A stretch of DNA of 64,000 nucleotides from Octopus vulgaris (lineage: Eukaryota): positions 62,434,001 to 62,498,000 of the forward strand of contig OX597823.1 in NCBI GenBank assembly GCA_951406725.2, written 5' to 3'. This document shows, one piece after another, positions 38,339-53,618 of this stretch (positions are counted from its first letter, which is position 1; every line of letters starts with the position of its first letter). A program made the translations under genes and the position numbers. The notes beneath the pieces were generated by a model. That model did not search any database, was not told the DNA's origin, and worked only from the letters and a program-made list of their open reading frames with translations.

Positions 38339-38500
38339 GACGGACTTCTTTCAGTTTCCCTCTACCAAATCCACTCACAAGGCTTTGGTCGGCCCGAGGA
38401 TATAGTAGAAGACACTTGCCCAAGGCGCCACGCAGTGGGACTGAACCCGGAACCATGTGGTTCGTAAGCAAGCTACTTACCACACAGCCACTCCTACGCC
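35937..38500. mobile_element. SINE cluster: B(+) 35937-36450, A(+) 36455-36880, B(+) 36893-37090, A(-) 37110-37779, A(-) 38097-38500
   Basis: Matches to the family A and B sequences. Confidence 0.9.
37351..37575 (-). mobile_element. Fold-back PLE-derived mini-element in (TA)n with degenerate hammerhead (37424-37461)
   Basis: Inverted arms 37351-37389 / 37502-37542; reverse complement CTT-TTGATAA-GCAT AACAA ATGC-GCAAC CG GTA-AAAAG. Confidence 0.65.
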
Positions 38501-38519
38501 TATAAGTAAAATGTGTGAC

Positions 38520-38637
38520 GCTTACAGCACCTAGGTTTCCCAAGCGGTCACCCATCTAAGTACTAACTAGGCTCGACGTTGCTTAGCTTCGGAGATCGGA
38601 TAAGAACCGGTGCTTTCAACGTGATATGGCCTTTCGC
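38520..38637 (-). pseudogene. 5S rRNA: 5S rRNA pseudogene or dispersed copy
   Basis: Reverse complement GGCCATATCACGTTGAAAGCACCGGTTCTTATCCGATCTCCGAAGCTAAGCAACGTCGAGCC...GATGGGTGACCGCTTGGGAAACCTAGGTGCTGTAAGC; 118 nt; 5' strand of helix I is mutated. Confidence 0.92.
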
Positions 38638-38893
38638 ATTTATTGTTTTTGACCTCTGTAAAATAAAAGGCAAACCCGTTCGTTGACGAGTGAAACTAAA
38701 TTTGGTAACATATCTAATACTCCATTTTACCATTTCTGGTGTTCTACCACATTTATTCATATCTCTTACCCCGCTTTCTCTTTCTTTCAAGGTAACAATT
38801 CTTTAAAAAGAATAGTCTAACAACAGTTGGATACTGTTGTATTTGATAATCAACGAATTACCTTTAACTTGCTTTTGCAAGCATGAGAGACAA

Positions 38894-38934
38894 CTCTGGA
38901 CATGTTTCAGTCATATCAGACCTCTTCAACGAAA
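38894..38934 (-). ncRNA. Degenerate minimal hammerhead motif
   Basis: Reverse complement TTGAAGA-GGTC TGATAT GACT-GAAAC AT GTC; palindromic stem III; stem I imperfect. Confidence 0.5.
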
Positions 38935-39549
38935 CATTGCCTTCTCCGTAATTGCCAGACTAGTGATAAGATAACAAGTAGACTGGTGTACAATAATGTA
39001 CATTAATGAAATATCACCAGGTCTCTCAAATGAATATGACTTGGTAACATGTGCCATACTTTCGTAAACTATTTTAGTTGCCTGTATAGCAGCGAACATA
39101 AACACCTACATACTCTCCAGCCTGGAACAGCAAGTGTGTAGCACTAGGCGCCGCTCAGTCCAAAAACGAATCCTTGATCTCATGACCGTGAGTCAAATAC
39201 TCTAACCATTAAGCCATGCGCCCTCACTCATAGGCACCAAAAATTATTATAAGAAAAGAAAATTAACTAATAAAACCATACCGCACGAAAACAACATACT
39301 ATATATAATGAAGACGTCCCGACAGCGAAAATGTATCTTAATTTTGACCAGAAAATCTCGAGAAAAAATGTTAAACATAAAAACAAGGCCTTCGTGTTTT
39401 TATATTATTTACCATGATGTTTTTCTAGTAGATTAACGATGTATAGATCTTGTTCATTGCAGTTCAACAAAAAAGACCGGTAAAATAAGTACCAAACTTA
39501 AAAAGAAAAAGAAGTGCTGGGGTCGATTTATTCAAATAAAACCTCTTAA

Positions 39550-40184
39550 CCCCTTACCCAACAATTATTTTGAAAATAAATGTATTTTTTCAGACATATT
39601 TTTTAATTGTTTTATTTTACTATGTTTTGAATGGTGATTTCGAGGTATATTTCAAACCTTATTTATTATGAATTTTAATTCAATAATATTGATTTTAAAT
39701 TACCGCTTTGGGCAGAAACGAGTTAACCCGTTTTTTTCATAAATCATATTACTTTTACAAAAAATCATGTTATTTTATTTGGTTATCTTATTTTCCAAAT
39801 TTAGAATGAATGATCAAAACATGATTGTTTACTTCTGTTGATTTTATTACTTCAAAACTGTTAGTAATGACAAAAAAGAGAGACAAAATAAAGTGAAAAC
39901 TTCTATTCATAAAATGTGCCTTCCAACCCTTCGACTGTCTCCAGGTGACTAAATCATACTCGGTCTTCAATGCCTTACTCAAGCAAAAGGTGGCAGAAAT
40001 CGTCACTGCCAGACGTATAAAGTGAGCGAATATACTCGTATATGTCAAAAAAGAGTTTATAATAGACGAAGGAACTTGTTTGCTGTCGATTTTGGCGAGT
40101 CTATCTTTTGACGAGTTAACTCGCCAGAGATAGAAAAAACGATTTCGGTCAAAACGCATATATTCGTTTCTGCCGGGTAAGGGG
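39550..40184. mobile_element. piggyBac-like MITE nested in a SINE tail
   Basis: TTAA TSDs; TIR CCCCTTACCC / GGGTAAGGGG; the SINE tail continues GGCGGTGCCCCAG after it. Confidence 0.9.
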
Positions 40185-41270
40185 TTAAGGCGGTGCCCCA
40201 GTATGGTCGTAGCCCAAAGATTGAGACAAGTAAAAAAAGATATTTCTCTTTCAGTTTTATTCAGAACGGAAGCCTTGTAAGTTTGGCCAGGCTAATCTTC
40301 ATCAGCGTTTCAAATTGGTTTATGAAAATTGTCAGCTTCGTCCTTTACGAAGCACAATAAGCTTTCGAGATGTATTTTGGGGACGGAAGAAGAAAAAACA
40401 AACAGCGTCGTCAAGGTCGGGACATACGGCAATTAATAATACTTATGCAGTAAGGAGACAACATTAGTGCAATGGTTTAATCATTAGTTCATGATGTCAA
40501 TTGTTTCATTTGCAAAATATTTGAACAATTTAATTTTATGACATCAACTCTTACAAAGTAATCTGAGTGTCTGTCTGTTTGTCCATCAGAGAGTATCTTA
40601 ACGCGTAATATAGAGAAGAGTTAAATGGCAAGAAGGGAGAGAGAGGGTAGAGAGAAATGACAGCAACAGGCTATGAGAAGGTGGAGACGTACGAACAAGT
40701 ACGAACGTGTTTTTATTTCACAGTGGTTGTCAAAAATTCTACGGTTAACCCCCGTACACTTCCTTAATCTAACTCTTGATAAAAAGAACTAAAGAAGAGA
40801 GAGTGTTTGTGTGTGTATGTGAGAGAGAGAGTGTGTTTGCGTGTGTGAGTGAGAGAGAGTGAGAGAGATGAACCATGTAATTCGTTTATAAAGGACGAGA
40901 ATGCACACGGCTGGTGAAGCATGACGTATAATTACCATAATACAGACAAAATAGATATATTGCCTTCATTTAGTACAGACGGCTGTTTTACTTCTTAAAC
41001 TTTGGTTTGGTGGAGATTATAGCTGAATAAATTTGAGATTCTTTGCTAAACATCAGGGGCCCCAACGACTGAACTGAGAACCAGTACCAGGCTGTGGATC
41101 ATTTGAAACCAAACCACACAAAAAGAAATTTTAAAATATTATTTCTATCTCAGTGACTATCGTAGTCTACAGGGTTTTTTTTTTACCTTATATGCATACA
41201 CACATATTGATCAATACATGCATACACGCACTCGCAAACACACACACACACACACGCACACACATTCACA

Positions 41271-41652
41271 TCTATTATATAAAATCCGTTGTCTGTCTGT
41301 CTGTGTCTTCTAAGATCTCGGGCATCCTCCATCCGATTGCGCTCAAATTTGATATGTAGATACCGACGGTATCAGGGCGTGTATAAGTCTTGAAAAAATT
41401 ACAAAAATCGATTCCAGGTGAGAATGCGATCGATAAAGCCGTGGGAACGTGCATTTGTACGTGCAAGTACATCAGCTGTTGCGATCGATACTACGCGTAC
41501 GCGAAAAAATGCACGGTGTCTCAAATTTAGGTTAAATCAGTGTTTCTCAAAGGGGTGGCCTATGAGACGGTCGGACAATTGTTTAGAGAAAATTTGGTTT
41601 AAATGTTTGACAACTCAGCACCGTCCATTGGACGCGGGGTGCGTTTCGCTCG
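41271..41652 (+). mobile_element. Non-autonomous Helitron (truncated sister copy at 57595-57845)
   Basis: A|TCTATTATAT 5' end, (CTGT)n, 3' hairpin GCACCG..CGGGGTGC, CTCG|T end. Confidence 0.8.
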
Positions 41653-41684
41653 TACATATATATAATTAAATTATATATTATGTA

Positions 41685-42160
41685 CTTTATTGCTTACTTT
41701 GTCGACCTCAAAAGGATTGAAAGGCAAAGTCGACCTCGGCGAAATTTGAAATCAGAACGTAGAGCCAGGCGAAACGCCACTAAGCATTTTGTCCGGCGCG
41801 GTAACAAATCCTTTCTATCCAAGGTACAAAGCCTGAAATTTGGTTGTGAGGGGACAAGTCGATAACATCGACCCCAGCGTTCAGTTGGTACTTAATTAAT
41901 CGACTCCGAAAGGATGAAAGACAAAGTCGACCTCGGCGGAATTTGAACTCGGAACGTCGCAATGGGTGAAATACCTATTTCTTTACTACCCATAAGGGGC
42001 TAAACACAGACAGGACAAACAAGGACAGACAAACAGATTGAGTCGATTATATTGACCCCAGTGTTTCACTGGTGCTTAATTTATCGACCCCGAAAGGATG
42101 AAAGGCAACGTCGAACTTGGCGAAATTTGAACTCAGAACGTAGCGTCGGGCGAAATACAG
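41685..42160 (-). mobile_element. Tandem SINE B units
   Basis: Three body repeats containing GAAAGGCAAAGTCGACCTCGGCG. Confidence 0.85.
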
Positions 42161-42309
42161 CTGTGCGTGTGTGTGTGCAATGAAAGTGGGATGGTGAGCA
42201 CTCAACACTGAAAAGAAAAATCAAACAGCGTTTCAATTCTGAGTGAGTATATGTGTGTATGCGTGTGCGTGTACAAGAGAAGTATGTGAATGTTTGTGTG
42301 TGTGAACAA

Positions 42310-42915
42310 GCGTTCTTTCAGTAACGAGCGATGATCAGTGTCACATCTCAAAAGACAACCACTAGATAACATTGACAAGTGTATTAATTTGATTTACCAT
42401 CCATATTCTGGCTGTTGTGTTACAAATAATTATTGCAATCACACACAGCTACACAAACATATACAAGCTCATTAGGGAAAATAATTATTGCCTGGGTGTA
42501 TCAAGAATATAAAATGACTGTAGTTGAAAGATGTATTATAAATACACATTTTAATTTAACTGTTTATACATGCCCTTAGTTTATTTATATTAAGAAATAT
42601 TTACCCAGTGTTCTTTCAGTAACTATAGATAAACTAACCAGCGTTATTTCAGTAATAAACGATGATGATGTTACATCTCAAAATTCAACCACTAGATAAC
42701 AATAAGAAGTGTGTTAATTTGATTTACCATCTTTATCCTATCTGTTGTGTTACAAATAATTATTACAATCACACATATCTACACAAACACATACGTATAA
42801 ACTCATTAGAGAAAATAATTATTCAAGAATATAAAATGACCGCAGTTGAAAGGTATATTATAAATAACCATTTAGCAATTCATACATGTGCCTAATTCAT
42901 TTATATTAAGAAATT
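42310..42915. repeat. Diverged tandem duplication, about 300 bp
   Basis: CAACCACTAGATAAC..TGTTGTGTTACAAATAATTATT..TTTATATTAAGAAAT occurs twice. Confidence 0.85.
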
Positions 42916-45352
42916 TGTGTAATAAATTTTGAATAAGGAGTTTTTACATCAACTATGTCACGGACTGCTTTTTGTGGCTTTAAGTCGTATGAGTTTAGGT
43001 TGGTTTCGGTAATGAAGAGCGCAACTGAAAGGAAACGTCGCTTCGAAAAAGTCGGTATTTACTTGCCAGCTCCCATATTTAATCACGGCCAGCCTTAAGT
43101 CGTACAAGAAGGAAGGAAAACTTTAAAATTCTTTTAAATGAAACAAGCTATCAAGGAATGTTATGTTGCGAATAGATTTTTCACAAAAAAAAAAATTGGT
43201 AATAAAAGAATTATTAAACTAAAACCTTGGTTTTGTACCTTATTTATATATAAAATACTACAATTAGCCGTCATTTTTGACGGCACTGGGCCAGCTAGTA
43301 ATAATAATAATAATCAACGTCGGTGTTGATATGATTGTCATCAATGTCATCACGACAATGTTCGTGAAGTAGATACGCTGTCAACAGTAAGGTCACTCTT
43401 TCCAAAGTTCTTCCGCAATAAAGGTTTTCCATTCTAGACATGGGGTAGTCAATAGAGGAAATACTGATCTCACTCAACCACTTCATCACGTTTTAAGGGA
43501 TCATCTATTACAAGTATGAGCAACGCTCTTCGAGAAGTGGGTCGTATGATTCATAACTCATCGTTATTTTTCAAAATAATTTTTCGTTAGGCGTACAGCG
43601 GTCGAAGAATGCCTATGACTGCTCTATTAGAAACAAAGGTATGGAATCGGGCTGGATTTGTTAATACGTTATGAATTCTTACTGCAGTGGCTCACTACTG
43701 TAAGTTCAAATTTCGATAACGAAAGATTTCTAACGCGCAACTTGTTAATAAGTTGTTGGATTGACATAGGGAGCTTCAACATCACATAGCGCTTCAAGTG
43801 TTTCATTCCTGACTGAAACTAAACATATATGTAATACGCACAAAGATCCATATATTCATGCATACGAATTCTCTATCTTGCTCAGAACGCTGTTCCCAGT
43901 TTCAAAATTGTTATTTATTGATACGTTTACATTTATCGAACGTTTCAGACATTGTATTCAATTATATTCCTAGCTATTGTGAATTTTCATGATCAGTATT
44001 TCTTTTGCAGGACAATTACTACATCTTTCCATGTCAATTATGTAAGCCTAAGATCTTCCTGTTGATATTACAGTTTGAAGTTGTTACTTTTTTACGACCA
44101 GATGTGATTCGAAAATCTTACAGTTCTTTTATTAATGTTCCTAAAAGAGGTAAAGCTGTGAAACATTTTTCGTGAATGCCCCTCATGGGATACCCTTATG
44201 ACGCTGTCCAGCAAACACACGCTTGAGATTGGGTTTAGCTGCATCATCCACTGGAAACAAATTATAATGCATAATCCCAGCTCACCTACGGAGGCAGGTT
44301 GCATCACAGAGGTCCTCCTGTTTGAAGCCGATATCAAATCTATCAACATGAATCATGGCACCACCCCGATGCAGAATATTAGTAGGACGAAAATGAGAAC
44401 CAAAAGAAATCACAATCACAACTCTCCTTTCAAAAATATTGAGCAACGGGATATAACAAAGCAAGCAGATTACACCTGATCGCCAAAAGAGAAGGCTGCA
44501 AAACTAACATGGATAACCGGAAAAAAAAGTGATATCTTCGGAGACGTAAAATTGTAATCCTGAACTCATTGACACCAGAGATATATTTAACAGCATGATC
44601 AGATGAATTCAATGTTTACAGTTGTGCTCATAAGTTTATTTAACGAAACTGGACTACGTCACCCTAAATCAGACAATATATTACCCCATATTTAGGCGCC
44701 GAGAACTAAGAAACAGAACTTGCATTTAATAATTTTAGAAGAAATTATTCTTTTATTTTTTCGGTTCTCTATTATATGTAATACTAATTCAACAGATCAA
44801 GTGTCAGAAGTAACACTTGTACTTGTCCACAATTGATCTTTATAAAAATTATGATTAGAAATGTGGTACAGTTCCATATATTTTTTGTTTCGTGGATTTT
44901 CGTAATGTAAATGAAAGTAGAATGCTCAAAACAGTTCACATGTTTTGTGAGTCAGGTATACAAGTCAGTCACTTCTGATAAGAATAAAAACTATATATAT
45001 GTATACACTTTTTTTATGTAAGGGGAGGCAATAGGAGCAACAACCACAGGAACACCACAAAATTCAAAGATAGACCAAACACATGCAAATCTTATATACT
45101 AGTTTATATCTATACAGTCCGACATATTAGAAATTAAAAAATTCAGTAATATATAAGTATCATATACAAATAAAAATATAAATATAAATTTTGCATATTA
45201 CACGCTTTAAACTGTTAGGATAAGCGGAATAAATATAGTGATAATAAAATAAAAATATAGCATATCAAGACACTAGTAAAATTCCGGCGAATAGTACATA
45301 AAATATAATACACATACAAGCTTACAAAAATATAAGATATACAGAAGTCCAT

Positions 45353-45433
45353 CATCTACGGGCCGTTTTGGGGATGTGCCAATCAATACTAGACATATCA
45401 GTACTTAAAATTGGCATTCCCCTCGTCAGGATG
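45353..45433 (-). ncRNA. Type I hammerhead motif with G12A core change
   Basis: Reverse complement: CATC-CTGACGA-GGGGAATGCCAAT..ATTGGCACATCCCC-AAAAC GGCCC GTA-GATG. Confidence 0.7.
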
Positions 45434-45807
45434 TCCTATACAACACATATAAAACATGAACAAATACACAGTCACATACCGGCCATTCTCAGAACACGAT
45501 ATTTACGTACTCCCAGAAAAATTTTACGTCGATCCTGAATGGAACTTTATACGCAAACCATTCGATACAGTCGCCATAGGAAATTGTATGCACGCAGCGC
45601 CATCTGACCCGTTTCACTTCAGCACTTAATTTATTTTATTTTATTTTATTCCAATTTTATAAATTCTCCCATACATGCAAAGCCACATACTCAGGTTCGA
45701 GTCCTCGACTAACAGCTATTTTTCATATAATCACATTACTTTAGTTTTATCTCGTTTTCCACTCACTATAGTTACTAAAATTAATTCACTTGTTATTGGT
45801 TAGCTCT

Positions 45808-46578
45808 AACTTTTATTGCTATTTCTACTTCTAAATTTCCTAGCTATTTTTTTTTAATAATTACGTTACTATATATAGCTCTGTGTCTGCAACAACACAT
45901 CACCATTCTCAGAATTTGAAGAAGTTCTGTTGTGTAAAAAGATATTCTCTTCTTAATGAATTCATTTCTTCAAGAAATTAGAAGATATAGAGGAAATTAT
46001 GAAACACAAACAAAAATTTCTGAAATGCCTCTGAAGCCTAATTGTACCCCAAGCCACATAACCTGAAAACGTGTAGCAATTGAAGATCTAAACACTCTCT
46101 CTACAAGTTCGACTTCAAGAATGACGAACTTCTGACGGAATTCACGGCCATTCACTCATTCTACACACGAAAACATGACCTGACAGTCACCGTCAACTTT
46201 TATTGCTATTTCTACTTCTAAATTTCCTAGCTATTTTTTAATAATTACGTTACTATATATAGCTCTGTGTCTGCAACAACACATCACCATTCTCAGAATT
46301 TGAAGAAGTTCTGCTGTGTAAAAAGATATTCTCTTCTTAATGAATTCATTTCTTCAAGAAATTAGAAGATATAGAGGAAATTATGAAACACAAACAAAAG
46401 TTTCTAAAATGCCTCTGAAGCCTAATTGTACCCCAGGCCACATAACCTGGAAACGTGTAGCAATTGAAGATCCAAATACTCTCTCTACAAGTTCGACTTC
46501 AAGAATGACGAACTTCTGACGGAATTCACGGCCATTCACTCATTCTACACACAAAAACATGACCTGACAGTCACCGTC
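45808..46578. repeat. Recent tandem duplication, about 385 bp
   Basis: Units 45808-46194 and 46195-46578 are nearly identical; AACT microhomology at the junctions. Confidence 0.95.
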
Positions 46579-47646
46579 AACTATGTCAAGGAATACGATA
46601 CCCATTTTGTCTTTTCAGCTTTGTATAAGTTGCTTAAAATTTATGTAATACTTTCAATTACAAAAAAAAACAGAACAGCTATGAAAGGCTGTTAGTAAAG
46701 TATAAACTGCACAATCTGTGTAAATAAAAGCAAATCTCCGATCTCGTACTAATTAGCGTTCAATAAGACAACCCTGTTAAAAAAGAAGCATGCATTTTCA
46801 AGCTAATGGCCAACAAGAAGAATACTTCATAATTTGCGTTCGTGTCCTTATTCTTTAGTACGTATTTCTTTGAAAATGATTAAGAGTATTTTTTTTCTTT
46901 TGTTCTTTCCAGATAATGCGTTTGTTGATCAAGATAAAAATCAATGTAAATAAAATTGAATAATAATTCTAAATAAACTTTAATATTTCAAAATATTCGA
47001 CAACTTTTAAAAGTAACTCTTGCAATAGAAAAAACTCCTACAACAAATTTTCATTTATTTATTTTTTTTTAATCATTGTGTTATGTAAAAAGAAATTATG
47101 CATTGAATGGATTCGAAAATAGTTAACTCACATAGTTTAACATTTCTCTCTTTGTTTCTGCTGCAACCTTAATCGAAGACGGTTAGAATGCCCCATGTCT
47201 CATCAAAAATGTCCACAGCATAGTCAACAGCAGTTACTAAACATCCAACTGCTAACAGTGGAAAAGTCTACTTCACCTTATGCGTTTAGAGAATTAGCAA
47301 ATGTGTCTATGATCACAATCTTTTTGGTTGACCCACCAAAAGATATATGAATAACCTAATAAAACACTCAACATTTTATCTTATTAAGCGTATAATATAA
47401 ATCATTAAATTATAAAATGTATTTCCTTTTAAAACGTTCTTCAGTTGAGTAGTGTTCTCTTTTTTTTCTTTTTTGACATCATTTATTCTGTCAGCAATTG
47501 CATTGCGCTAATTGAAAATTTCATGATTCAATATCTATCATTCGAATGGGTAAAACAATAAGCAAAAAATAATATCTATAAATATATAAGTTTATATGTG
47601 TGTGCGTGTATTATATACATATGTACACACACGCACACGCACGCAT

Positions 47647-47739
<93 letters not shown>

Positions 47740-48469
47740 AATTTAGAATAATAAGGGTGAAAAATTGAATATTAATCTGATTAATATCAATTTAAATCCA
47801 GTGGTTTAGCATATTAAAAAAGTCTGAAGATTCAGAAAAATTATATTACATATATATATATATATATGTGTACATTGTAAAAGTTTTGAATTCGCATCAT
47901 ATATACCACCATACTTACATGCATACTCGAGCGCGTTCATACACACACACATTCATATACATAATACACACATACATACATACATACATACATACATACA
48001 TACATACATACATACATACATACATACATACATACATACAATAATACACTGTTGTTGATGTTGAAATTCCAATGAAGGAGCTTTGGATCTAGGTTAGAAG
48101 CCGGTTCTTTCTCTATTAGCAAAAAATCTTGAAATACACTGAACAATGACATACATAATACATACATAAATACATACATATATACATACATACATACATA
48201 CACGTATTTCACAATTTTTCCGCAGTAAACATGCAGTTCATCATTTCATTTTAATGACTCCGAAGAAGCTATATGACATCGCTCGAGCACGCACTTCAGA
48301 GTGCACGCTTTTAATAGCACAAACAACTATAAGCTACTGAAAGTGATTACATAACTCCTGCTGTTTAGTGATTCATAGATATATGTGGGTAGGTGTGGGT
48401 GTGTATGCGTGTGTGTATGTATGCATACATCAATTCTTCTGTGTATGTATATATACGTACATATCAATG

Positions 48470-48732
48470 GATCACGTGACCGACCAGACTATCCGATGTT
48501 ATTACACATCGCTGGTCATAATGCGCTTCTGCATCGTTTTACCTTCGAATGACGCCACCCCGCTGGCTAGGTGAACAGGCCAACATCCATCCCCCTCCAC
48601 GGTCGATAATGGAACTGGAGCAATGTGAAAGGAAGTGTTTCGCTCAAGAGCATAACGCGTCGTCCTATCTGAGAATCGAACCAACGATCTAGCGATCTTG
48701 AGTGCAACAGCCTAACCACAAAGCCACGTGCC
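48470..48732 (-). mobile_element. tRNA-SINE with a D-like body and the family C tail
   Basis: Tail matches 30023-30135; body contains TTCACATTGCTCCAGT as in family D. Confidence 0.8.
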
Positions 48733-48819
48733 TTTATATGTACATACATATATATCTGCATAAATAGCTATATCTGTGAATGTATGTGTGTATGTGTGTG
48801 TTTGTGTGTATGTATGTAT

Positions 48820-48936
<117 letters not shown>

Positions 48937-49413
48937 TATATACATATGTGCACGTGTTTATATACGTATGGGTATATATATGTGTGTGTGTGTGTGTGTG
49001 TGCCCTCTTTTATCTTTTACTTGTTTCAGTCATTAGATTGTGGCCATGCTGGGGAAGTGTTTTAGTCGAATAAATCGACCCTAGTACTTATGTTTTGTTA
49101 AGTCGGGTACTTATACTATCAGTTAATTTTGCCGAACCGCTATGTTACGGGGACGTAAACACACCAACACCCGTTGTCATACAATGACGGGAGACAAACA
49201 CAGACACGAAAACACACACACACACACATTTTTTGATATATATATATATATATATATAATAAGTACTTGGCTTAAAAACAGAATAAGTCTTGGGGTGGAT
49301 TTCCTCGACTAAAAGCCCTTTTTAAGGTGATGGTCCAGCATGACCGCAGCCAAATGACTGAAACAAGTAAAAGAGAAAAAAAGAAAAAGAGTTTATACAT
49401 ACATATATATAAA

Positions 49414-49461
<48 letters not shown>

Positions 49462-49592
49462 CCCATTTATAATTTTCACCTTTAAAGGTGCCACGTTCGA
49501 TGAAATTTTTTCTGAAAAACTTTTATCGTATATTAGTAGTTATATATATATATATACATATGTATTCAGTGTAGCTAGAAAGACAGACAGAC

Positions 49593-49722
<130 letters not shown>

Positions 49723-50240
49723 GTAGATAGATAATATGTATGTATGCATGTATGTATGAATGTATGTATGTACGTATATATGTATGAATGAATGTATTGG
49801 CAGTGATTACACAGACAGACACCTAAGCATATAAACAATAGAAGTGCTTACCTGATTGAGAAAATATTCATCGGAATATTGGTCTCACACTCCGTTTGTA
49901 GTTCTGTGGTTACACTTTATGTAAACAGTAGTACATGTAATCATGTATGCGTACTTATATGTGTATGCATATGTGTGTATGTGTTCATGAGTATTTATGT
50001 GCTAATATGTGTATGTATGTATATATGTATGTATGTATTATGCGTGTATATATGTGTATTTACACAATTCTGTAATATCTGTATATGTGCATTTGTTGTA
50101 TAATATGAGAATGAATGTGCGTATATACGCGTTTCTGGCGTATTTTTTAATCGTTTCATATAAAGTAATCACGTCTAATTTGAATGCTTTTCTCTAAATA
50201 TTATGCATGTATGTATGTTTACAAATATATATGTACTGAC

Positions 50241-50298
<58 letters not shown>

Positions 50299-50608
50299 AT
50301 AGGTAGGTAGGTAGGTAGGTAGGTAGGTAGGTAGGTAGGTATGTACGTATGTAGGTAGGTAGGTAGGTAGGTAGGTAGGTAGGTAGGTAGGTAGGTAGGT
50401 AGGTAGGTAGGTAGGTAGGTAGGTAGGTAGGTTGGTGTGTAAGCGTATGTGTGTATGTATGTATTTATGCGTGTATTATGTACATAAGTACGTAAAATGC
50501 TTAGAGTTAATTTCCTCCTTTGCTGTCAGTGAGTTGTAAGTTAGTAAGCATATGATAATAGAAATATTGAGTCGTAGAAAGTAACAGACTGGCCAAATTG
50601 TTGAGAGA

Positions 50609-50675
50609 GGGGGTAGGGGAGGGAGATGTGGATGGGGGGGAGAAGGGGAGGGGCAGGGGAGAGGCGGGGGAGGGA
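50609..50675 (+). other. G-quadruplex-forming tract
   Basis: Nine runs of three or more G with short loops. Confidence 0.7.
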
Positions 50676-50999
50676 AGTGTGTTTGTGTGAGTGAATGAGT
50701 GAGTGAGTGAGTGAATTAGTGAGTGAGTGAGTGAGTGAGTGAGTGAGTGAGTGAGTGAGTGAGTGAATCAGTGAGTGAGTGAGTGAGTGAGTGAGTGAAC
50801 CAGTGAGTGAGTGAGTGAGTGAGTGAAGGAGAAAAGAAGAAAGAGATGAAGGAAAAAGATTTTAGGAGAGTGACAAAGAGAGAGTTGAGGTAGAATTGTT
50901 ATTGAGCGAGAGTGAAACGAGCAGAATCTATCTACAAGTGTTAAAAAACAAAAATCTATAGGTCGATGCTGTCTAAGCCGGAACTGTCTGTCTGTCTTC

Positions 51000-51250
51000 T
51001 CAGGTAGGAGGACGTAAGCCGTCTGAAAAAAGGCGGCTCTATGGTTTGTAAAAATGTGATACAGGGTTAGGCGGGGTAAGAAGGCGTAGTTGAAGTGTAG
51101 TCATTAAGCAAAATGCGCGAGTAAACGGACCCCACGCTGAGAAGCTTAATTTGTTTGCACGTGTGACTTGCTCCGACCAATCAGTTTAGCTTGTGTTTAT
51201 GTTATTACTCAACGCATGATTCTCCGTGCGGAGCTTTAAAACTGAATGAC
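51000..51250. promoter_or_regulatory. Promoter-like segment
   Basis: GGCGGG (51070), CACGTG (51158) and GACCAATCAG (51175) in unique, CpG-containing sequence. Confidence 0.3.
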
Positions 51251-51859
51251 TGACGATACGTGATAATTATAATCAATATTTAGCAATATGGAGGCGCACC
51301 GGGCAAAAATGCTTAAAGGCATTTCGTCCGTCTTTACGTTTTAAGTTCAAATTCGGTCGAAGTCGATTTTGTAGTTCATCCTTTCGGGGGTTGATAAAAT
51401 AAGTCGCAGTTTAGCACTGGGGTCGATGTAATCAACTTAGCCCCTCCAAACAACTGCTGACCTTGTGCCAAAATTCGAAACCAATATTTGCTATATATTG
51501 AGGCAAGGAGTATAAACCTAGAGGTGGTTTCACTTTTAACCCCACGACCGTCATATTCTGTCATCAATCCGGGAACTGGACGGCATGTTGTGTCTTTGAG
51601 CAAGTATTAGGTCCATGGTAAAGATTAACGCCCTCCTCTCAAAACAGCTGGTCTTATGCTTAAATTAAAAATTAATATTCTGGACAGAATGCTTAGCGGC
51701 ATTTAATCTGCCTTCACGTTCTGAGTTCAAATTCATCCGAGACAACTTTGCCTTTCATCCTTTCGGAGTCGATAAGTACCAACCAAGTACTTGGGTCGAT
51801 GTAATCAACTTACTCCCTCTCCTAAAATTTCAGGCCTTGTACCTAATGTAGAAAGGATG

Positions 51860-53518
<1,659 letters not shown>

Positions 53519-53618
53519 TTAAATATTTCTATATAATCCATTTTTCTCTCATTTTAAGTCTCCTAGTAGCTGTAGATAACGTTATTTTATAATACGTTAA
53601 ATTATATGTTTCTTTCAG

